From: Nitrososphaeraceae archaeon
GTDB taxonomy: Archaea; Thermoproteota; Nitrososphaeria; Nitrososphaerales; Nitrososphaeraceae
Length of the DNA stretch: 15,500 nucleotides
Assembly (NCBI GenBank): GCA_035250975.1
Contig: DATFEP010000084.1
Span: 1-15,500, forward strand
Direction of reading: 5' to 3'
Position 1 is the first letter of the stretch; every line of letters begins with the position of its first letter. The translations under genes were made by a program, and so were the position numbers. This document shows, in pieces, positions 1-7,039 of this stretch. Under the pieces are notes generated by a model that saw only the letters and a program-made list of their open reading frames with translations, was not told the DNA's origin and ran no database searches.

Positions 1-337
1 AATCTACTATATTATATTAAATATATTATATTATATTTCATAATAGAAATAATGCAGACATTGTGAATTTATGATTCTATTTTTTATAAAAAGAAAAACA
101 AAGTATCTTATCCAAAAAATTATAGTAATCTATTGAATATACGTTAATTCTTTTAATATTATTAATTGTTGCGAAAAATTTAAAAATAAAATTTTTTTAT
201 GAGGAAGTATACTGGTGATTTTTTTGTTGCAAAAAAATTTTTTTAACAGGATGATTATAACGTCATACACAATAGCATGATAAATCTTGATGTAAAAATA
301 ATTGAAAATCTGAAATTATCAAATAAATATTCAGAGG

Positions 338-345
338 TTATATAT
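338..345 (+). promoter_or_regulatory. Putative archaeal TATA box for a leaderless Cys-rich small ORF
   Basis: TTATATAT lies 22-29 nt upstream of ATG 367 and is preceded by purine-rich AGAGG (BRE-like). The spacing is typical of leaderless archaeal transcripts, but the background is AT-rich. Confidence 0.4.
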
Positions 346-366
346 GGTTATAAAGTAATTAAAATC

Positions 367-504
367 ATGAATCAATGCAAACATTGGGCATGTGATCTAA
401 AGAATAATTCATGTGTTGGTTGTGGTATTATAATATGTCCTAATTGTTTGCAGGAACCCTCTGATTGTAGGTGCGACAATAAAGATAATTGCTGTAAAGT
501 ATGA
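367..504 (+). CDS. Small Cys-rich protein (45 aa, 10 Cys; metallothionein/zinc-finger-like)
   Basis: Internal ATG 367 of the 277..504 ORF gives MNQCKHWACDLKNNSCVGCGIIICPNCLQEPSDCRCDNKDNCCKV, with CxH, two CxxC, CxC and CC motifs. The TATA spacing favours 367 over 277. Confidence 0.55.
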   Translation: MNQCKHWACDLKNNSCVGCGIIICPNCLQEPSDCRCDNKDNCCKV

Positions 505-728
505 GATTAAAAATATATCAAAACAATCATCGTAAATTTGTAATTTATGAGATCATCTTTATCGTTTTCTTTCACAGTACATGATTACCCATCTTTAATA
601 ACTTTAATTGTCAACTACAAATTTGTGTCAAAAACAGTTGACTGTCCTCCATTTTACCGCTAATGAATAAGTTTAATATTATCCGCACTATTCTTAGAAA
701 CATTGTATACTTTTTTGTTAAAAGTTTT

Positions 729-914
729 CTATTTGTTCAAGGGCACATTTCTTATAATTCTATTTTCTCTTCCTTCGTAGGCTTTAATTCTCATTATCTT
801 GAATGCAACATCTTTTGGTAGTTATTTGACTTTGGAAACGACCTAATTAATTATAATGTTTCCTAAATCTGTACCTTTATAATCAGAGGGTCAAATTCCA
901 TTCACAAACTCCAT
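729..914 (-). pseudogene. Possible decayed small gene (62 codons, 3 internal stops)
   Basis: Manual translation: MEFVNGI*PSDYKGTDLGNIIIN*VVSKVK*LPKDVAFKIMRIKAYEGRENRIIRNVPLNK*. Composition is protein-like; no family recognised. Confidence 0.25.
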
Positions 915-1076
915 GCATCAAACTATATAAACATTATAAGATTACAAATTATTTACTGAATCCAAAGTAATTATTTTTTAGATAAGGTATATAAAATTAA
1001 ATATTCATATTTAGTTCTTCAAGCCTTCTTGAAATTAATTAAATTATTAAATAATAGGATCACTAAATAAATAATT

Positions 1077-2933
1077 ATGAGTGAATATGAAAATCTAAAA
1101 ACCTCTGATATACTCGTTGAGACATTAATTGATTGGAATGTTGATGTTGTCTTCGGTATTCCTGGAGACACTATAAATGGGTTCATAGAAGCTCTAAGAA
1201 CGAGAAAAGAAAAGATTAAATTTATACTAACTAGACACGAAGAATCTGCAGCATTAATGGCATGTGCCTACGCAAAATATACAGGAAAACTTGCAGTATG
1301 TACAGCAATTGCGGGTCCAGGTGCGATTCATCTACTCAATGGACTATATGATGCTAAAGCAGACAATACCCCTGTTATTGCAATTACTGGTGGGACATCT
1401 ACTGATTTGATGAATTCAAGTTTCCAGCAGGATATTAATTTGTTACAACTCTTTTCTGATGTTACGGTTTACAATAGCATTATTGGTTCACCTCAACAAA
1501 CGGAAATGGCAGTAGATATAGCTTGTAGAACGGCTCTTGTACATAAAGGAGTAAGCCACCTCAATATTCCAATTGATGTGCAGGAAAGAAAGCTGGAGGG
1601 CCATTATTCAAGACACAAAGTTCCCGGACATACGTCAGATATTTTTGTACCTCCGGCTTTACCGGATAAAGAATTGATGAAAAAAACTGCAGAAATACTA
1701 AATAGTGGAAAAAAAATTGTGCTGCTAGTAGGCCAAGGTGCTCTGCATGCATCCAATGAGGTTATTGCTATTGCACAAAAGTTGAACGCTCCAATTATAA
1801 AAGCACTTCTTGGCAAGGCAGTTATTCCAGATGACCATCCATACAGTCTCGGTGGATTGGGGATTTTAGGAACAGAACCAGCAAGCGATGCAATGAATGA
1901 ATGCGATACACTAATGATGATTGGAACCTCTTTTCCATACATAGAGTACCTTCCTAAACCAGGAAAAGCAATTGGAATTCAAGTTGATATAAAACCGGAA
2001 AAAATTGGATTGAGATTTCCTGTTAAAATAGGATTGATAGGTGATTCTAAAAATGTATTGACAGAATTGTTACCATTAATATCTGCTAGAAAAGAAGAAA
2101 ACAATACTGAAAATAATTTAAAAGATAATGATGATGAAGAAAACAGAATCAATGAAACAAGTCTACAATTTCTAAAATCAAAACAAAATGAAATGAAAAA
2201 TTGGAATGGTATTTTAAAGGAACAGAGTGATCGCTCGGGCGAGCCAATAAAACCTCAGGTTATAGCTGCTGCAGTTTCTAAAGTCTTAGAAAATGATGCA
2301 ATAATATCTGTAGATAGTGGAATAAACACATGTTGGGCTGCAAGATTTTTAAATATGAGAGAAGGTATGAAGTTTTCGGGTTCAGGTAGCCTGGCAACTA
2401 TGGGTTGTGGAGTTCCTTATGCAATTGCGGCCAAAATTGCATATCCGGAAAAACAGTCAATCGCATTTGTTGGAGATGGTGGATTTACAATGCTTATGAG
2501 TGAATTTGCAACTGCGGTTCAATACAATCTACCAATTAAAGTAATAATTATTAATAATAACCTGCTAGGGATGATACGATGGGAGCAGATTGCATTTCTT
2601 GGAAACCCTGAGTATGGAGTAGAATTTTCCCAAATTGATTTTGTTAAATTTGCAGAAGCCTGTGGTGGCAGAGGATTTTCAATCAAAAAATCAGCCGATG
2701 TGAAACCAATTATACAAAAAGCGATGAAAGAAAATAATGACGTTCCTGTTATAATAGATGCACATGTAGACCCATTTGAACCGCCACTACCTCCGAAAGT
2801 AGATATGGAATTTGTAAGCAACGTCATTAAATCCTTTGCAAAAGGACAGCCTTATGCAAAGGAAATTGGTTTGACGTTATCTATAGACCAGCTACACGAA
2901 AAGTTAAGGAAATTGCATTCGCACAAGAAATAG
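1077..2933 (+). CDS. Thiamine diphosphate-dependent enzyme, pyruvate oxidase/pyruvate:quinone oxidoreductase (PoxB-like) family
   Basis: N-terminal VFGIPGD, RHEE with the catalytic Glu, GPGAIHLLNGLYDAK, central FAD-binding domain (LVGQGA, IGTSFPY), and ThDP/Mg motif GDGGF...NN (GDGGFTMLMSEFATAVQYNLPIKVIIINNN). Confidence 0.92.
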   Translation: MSEYENLKTSDILVETLIDWNVDVVFGIPGDTINGFIEALRTRKEKIKFILTRHEESAALMACAYAKYTGKLAVCTAIAGPGAIHLLNGLYDAKADNTPVIAITGGTSTDLMNSSFQQDINLLQLFSDVTVYNSIIGSPQQTEMAVDIACRTALVHKGVSHLNIPIDVQERKLEGHYSRHKVPGHTSDIFVPPALPDKELMKKTAEILNSGKKIVLLVGQGALHASNEVIAIAQKLNAPIIKALLGKAVIPDDHPYSLGGLGILGTEPASDAMNECDTLMMIGTSFPYIEYLPKPGKAIGIQVDIKPEKIGLRFPVKIGLIGDSKNVLTELLPLISARKEENNTENNLKDNDDEENRINETSLQFLKSKQNEMKNWNGILKEQSDRSGEPIKPQVIAAAVSKVLENDAIISVDSGINTCWAARFLNMREGMKFSGSGSLATMGCGVPYAIAAKIAYPEKQSIAFVGDGGFTMLMSEFATAVQYNLPIKVIIINNNLLGMIRWEQIAFLGNPEYGVEFSQIDFVKFAEACGGRGFSIKKSADVKPIIQKAMKENNDVPVIIDAHVDPFEPPLPPKVDMEFVSNVIKSFAKGQPYAKEIGLTLSIDQLHEKLRKLHSHKK

Positions 2934-3278
2934 AATGATTATGGTGCATATCATAATAGTGTCACTACAAAACCACACGAAAAAGAACATTTTCAATATG
3001 AAATTAGCGAGTATAAACGAATTAAGATACTAGAAATAATTAACCTAATAAGAGGTTCATCTACAATTATTTCGAATTCATCACTTTTAGTAGCTATCTT
3101 CATTTATTTGAAAAATCAAATGAATGTTTAGATGTTCCTATCCAGCTCTGAAATACCAATATCCGATATGCTTGTATATGATCGGTTGACGAAACTAGTG
3201 ACCAATTGACCCGTTTAAATGACACATTTAATTATCAAATGACGAAATACGTAAAGACTTAAATACTAGCTTAGTTTT

Positions 3279-3610
3279 ATGACAGAAAATTGGCTTTTAG
3301 AATCGCACCTGCAACAAGATCATCAGTAATACAATTATGGTTAATGTGTAACACCAGAGATGAAATATTCGAAAATAGGTTCTATGAAGTACATTATAGC
3401 AAAAGACAGATTGACTTACAATAAAAAATAGAAAAAATAAAGTATTCAGAGCTTGACTTTTCAGAAACAGATTCAAGGAAATATGATTATATAAAAAAGA
3501 ATATCAACAATTTGCCTGCAATTATAATACCAAAATCCTAAATATCAAAAGAATCAGTCGAGAAAATAATTAGGCGCCGTATCCTCTTCAGAATACAGAT
3601 TTCTCGGTAA
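3279..3610 (+). pseudogene. Possible gene relic (frameshift plus 2 internal stops)
   Basis: ATG 3279 gives MTENWLLESH. An overlapping frame from 3290 gives LAFRIAPATRSSVIQLWLMCNTRDEIFENRFYEVHYSKRQIDLQ*KIEKIKYSELDFSETDSRKYDYIKKNINNLPAIIIPKS*ISKESVEKIIRRRILFRIQISR*. A TATA-like CTTAAATA sits at 3258-3265. Confidence 0.3.
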
Positions 3611-3829
3611 AAATAGTTAAAGCCCAATAAAGCAAGAAGAAACTAAAGAGTTAGAGATTCTAAATTAATTGTCTACACAAAGAGTGCTTAATTTTAATTA
3701 CTAGCATCCGGATCATAAAATATATTCAACAGTTATAACAGTATATCATTAATTGTACATTTATTTATTAATTTAAAATCCAATTCTTTTATCATATAGA
3801 AATTTGGGAGAGATTACTATAAAATATAC

Positions 3830-4687
3830 TTATTCGTTTAATAATTCGTAATATTCTTTGATGTGTTCAAAATCTCTTATCTTATGATCTGAATTTACAT
3901 ATATCTTGTTTAGACTAAATTTATTTTCCACTTTGTTTTTGGTTTCTTCTGCAACAACGATCTGGTTTTTTTGGGCTACTTCTTCTAATCTCTTTGCTAG
4001 GTTGACAGCAGAACCAATTACAGTAAACTGATCACGAATTTCTGTATTAATGTTACCCACTAATACCTCTCCAGTATTTATACTACAATTTAGATAGATA
4101 TTACCTATATCAAGACCAAATTGATTATTCCATATTTCAATCCATTCATCTTTAATTTTTTCAAAGATGGCAGACAGTTCAATTGCTGATTTCAATGCAT
4201 CTAGTACGCTTTCTTTATTGTCGTAAATGTTGTTATCTTTGAACCCAAAAATTGCCATTAAACCATCACCCATAAATTTGTCTAAAATACCATTGTTTTT
4301 ATGAATAATTATATCTGCTTCATTAAAAAACTCATGTAAAAATCCTACTATTAAATAATGTTCATTCTCTAATAATTCACAAATTTTGGAGAATCCGCCT
4401 AAATCCCAAAAAACAATAGATAAGACTTTGTTTCTGGATATTCCTAGGTTTGGATAGTTAAACATTTCTAAAATTATTGGATCTACATATCGGATTAGCA
4501 TAGATTCTATTGATTGATTCCGTACATTAGAGAATATCTTATTTAAATACTTAATTTCACTACTATTGATATCATTATTTGTACCCGAGATTGTTCTGTT
4601 AATTACGATAAAACCTTGTTCTGCAGGATGTATTACACAATAGTAACGTATTAATCCACTTGACGCATCAATTTTTTTGAATAACAT
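3830..4687 (-). CDS. Class III adenylate cyclase catalytic domain (C-terminal part of a frameshifted cupredoxin-cyclase fusion)
   Basis: SIVFWDLGGFS (first metal Asp), DKFMGDGLMAIFG (adenine-specifying Lys, second Asp), INTGEVLVGNI, and FTVIGSAVNLAKRLE (Thr, Asn, Arg). All catalytic residues are present and the K/T pair matches class IIIb adenylate cyclases. The N-terminus YYCVIHPAEQGFIVI is the C-terminal strand of a cupredoxin. Confidence 0.9.
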   Translation of the reverse strand: MLFKKIDASSGLIRYYCVIHPAEQGFIVINRTISGTNNDINSSEIKYLNKIFSNVRNQSIESMLIRYVDPIILEMFNYPNLGISRNKVLSIVFWDLGGFSKICELLENEHYLIVGFLHEFFNEADIIIHKNNGILDKFMGDGLMAIFGFKDNNIYDNKESVLDALKSAIELSAIFEKIKDEWIEIWNNQFGLDIGNIYLNCSINTGEVLVGNINTEIRDQFTVIGSAVNLAKRLEEVAQKNQIVVAEETKNKVENKFSLNKIYVNSDHKIRDFEHIKEYYELLNE

Positions 4688-4904
4688 TTCTGAGGCTGAA
4701 TTATTTCACTATTAAATATACCATCAGGTTTACCATTTTCAATATCTCCTGAAATTAAATGATGAGATTCTGAATCCTTGTTGATCCATGATGCCGTTCC
4801 TCCATCTTTTATTGATACAATTCTTGGAGTAAATATTTTATGTTATGAACTTCATGCATCTTCGTTTTTCTGAAATCGTTTGGAATAACTATTACTTTGT
4901 TCAT
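4651..4904 (-). pseudogene. N-terminal cupredoxin (blue copper) domain of the cyclase gene, split over two out-of-frame segments
   Basis: Frame A (4904-4809): MNKVIVIPNDFRKTKMHEVHNIK... Frame B (4842-4651): HKIFTPRIVSIKDGGTASWINKDSESHHLISGDIENGKPDGIFNSEIIQPQKCYSKK... Frame B matches the plastocyanin-like pattern FxP..i.ikxG..v.WxNxD...H...SG......G.FxS..i.P and joins the cyclase frame by a -1 shift at the A7 run (4678-4672). Confidence 0.8.
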
Positions 4905-5552
4905 CTGGCTAATAAACCTTGAATCTATATGTATTTGGGAGAGTAACTTAACTTATTAGAGTTTATCTATCCCATGTTAACAATAATAGATTAATTTTTG
5001 TATCGTTGCATCATCTGAAACAAATTGGGAAATTTGTAATAGAATTTGTGAATATTGTTAAATATGCCAAAGAACAGCCTGTCCGAAAGAAAGAGATTGA
5101 TTTGACAATATTTTTCAAAGCTTGTCAGTGTTTTTGACACAGCTCAGACTGACACCACAAAAAAATATACAGATAAAGAGTAAATAGCAATATATTATGA
5201 ATCTTCTTGTTTTTTCATATAATCTATTTATCGGTTAGATTCGAAATATAATATTCATATATAGATCGATTTGTGTTCTGTTCGTATATCCACTTATTCT
5301 AAATAATAAAAATAAAGATATTTGTACGAATAGAAATTTGCTCAGCCAAATTCTATAGCGGTAATAATGATTTGCCTTGAACCCTTTATTAGATGAATAA
5401 AAAAATCTCATAGTTAAATTTTATAGATAAATATAATGTAACTTCATAAGGATATTTCATCAATAAAATAGTAACAAAAACATTTTAAATAATATTACTA
5501 TGTTAAAGATATTGTTAAAAATCATAGTAATAATATTGAATTTAGTATAATT

Positions 5553-6434
5553 TTGCTACTGTTAATTGCTATTCCTATAATTGATAAAGAAGTGATTGCT
5601 CAAGAGATTATCGACAATGAGGCACTATCTGAAAATAATGATGATAATTCAGATATAAACAAAATTGTAGCAAAGCCTCAAGTTAATGTAAATATACAAG
5701 GTACTGAACTAGACGACAAATTGAGGGGAGGAGATGGTGATGACCAAATTGATGGAGGAAAGGGAGAGGATACTCTCCAAGGTAATCAAGGAGATGATGA
5801 AATTGATGGAGGAAAGGGAGAGGATAAGCTGAAGGGAGGAGATGATGAGGATAAAATTGATGGAGGAGCTGATGATGACCAAATTTATGGAGGAGAGGGA
5901 GACGATAAGCTGAAGGGAGGAGATGATGAGGATAAAATTGATGGAGGAGCTGATGATGACCAAATTGATGGAGAAGAGGGAGACGATGTCATGGATGGAG
6001 GAAAGGGAAAGGATAAGATGAAGGGAGGAGATGGAAATGACTATCTTCGTGGTAATGAAGGAGATGATGAAATTGATGGAGGAAAGGCAGATGATCTCAT
6101 AGATGGAGGAGAAGGAGACGATGAGCTTAGGGGAGGAAAAGGAGCAGATAGATTTGTGTGTGATATGGGGGACAAAATTATTGATTATAATTCTTTAGAA
6201 AATGATAAAATTGTAGGACAATGCAAATATGAGGATAAAGGATTAATACCAAAACCTGTACCTATCCATGATAAAGTCATACCTAAACAAACTGTCGAAG
6301 ATATACCTAAACAGACTGTTAAAAAAGAAGATCTATTTCCAAATTCAGCAGTGGCACCCAGCAACGAGGACGATAGCTTTCAAAATTTTGTGTCTAAATT
6401 TATCGGTATGCATTTTCCAGGATTATTCAAATAA
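5553..6434 (+). CDS. Probably secreted hemolysin-type (RTX) calcium-binding repeat protein
   Basis: 16 consecutive nonapeptides of GGxGxDx(L/I)x type (5721-6152). Hydrophobic N-terminus ending VIA-Q (signal-peptide-like; true start uncertain). Cys-flanked cap FVCDMGDKIIDYNSLENDKIVGQC, then a Pro-rich linker. Confidence 0.88.
   Translation: MLLLIAIPIIDKEVIAQEIIDNEALSENNDDNSDINKIVAKPQVNVNIQGTELDDKLRGGDGDDQIDGGKGEDTLQGNQGDDEIDGGKGEDKLKGGDDEDKIDGGADDDQIYGGEGDDKLKGGDDEDKIDGGADDDQIDGEEGDDVMDGGKGKDKMKGGDGNDYLRGNEGDDEIDGGKADDLIDGGEGDDELRGGKGADRFVCDMGDKIIDYNSLENDKIVGQCKYEDKGLIPKPVPIHDKVIPKQTVEDIPKQTVKKEDLFPNSAVAPSNEDDSFQNFVSKFIGMHFPGLFK
5823..5966 (+). repeat. 63-bp exact direct repeat with 81-bp period inside the RTX array
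   Basis: 5823-5885 is identical to 5904-5966 (DKLKGGDDEDKIDGGADDDQI twice), i.e. a duplication of three nonapeptides. Confidence 0.9.
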
Positions 6435-7039
6435 CATTATGGTGATTTTTCACATATTTTTTAATGCAATGTAGAATCTATGTCAAAGCAATTCTAAAAT
6501 CATCTAGAAATATTCTAGTCTATTATTGAATTTGAATTTTTTAAATAAAAATTGGGGATTATTTAGTTCTCTTATTCTGATATGTTTATATTCTATATTT
6601 TATTTCTATATCTTTGTTTACCTCATATCAAATACCAAGATCAGCATAAATCAGAAATCAGTTCATTTCATTTATTTTCAAATACAAAGCATTTATAGCC
6701 AATATTTTTACACTTTGTTTCCTGTATAATGTTTAGCGAATCTAATCATAGAAACCTGATGTATTTTAAGACACATAATATCAAAACAAAATGTGAAATG
6801 AAATAAGGTTTATGAATCTCTATTATATTGTTATTACATTATGGATTGATATTTTTTCGATCCATGATAATTTACCATAAAATTACGCGTAATAAATAAT
6901 AAATAACTATACTAAATCATCATCAGCAGTAAATCTATCTTAATACAAAACTATAAGGTCAGTGAATAGGATCAGGTATACCGGCCATGTACGCTGCTTT
7001 CAATCATTTCCCAGCACTGGGATCTATAAAAATAGATAG

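Noticed and set aside
277-366. N-terminal 30 codons of the 75-aa ORF
   Set aside because: Contains the TATA-like element and has no Cys; ATG 367 is the better start.
1561-2827. Antisense ORFs 1561..1752, 1604..1942 and 2519..2827
   Set aside because: Shadows of the pyruvate oxidase gene; no motifs.
5006-5137. Short plus-strand frames, one Cys-rich (WEICNRICEYC*ICQRTACP)
   Set aside because: No clear start, interrupted, and too short to support a gene call.
3830-6434. Cyclase plus RTX gene considered as a Bordetella CyaA-like toxin
   Set aside because: The cyclase is class III rather than the class II toxin type, the genes are divergent and separate, and there is no pore-forming domain, acyltransferase or T1SS.
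5709-6729. ORFs 5709..5963 (-), 6268..6474 (+) and 6526..6729 (+)
   Set aside because: The first two are shadows of the RTX gene; the third reads as a translation of T-rich intergenic DNA (F/I/Y/L only).
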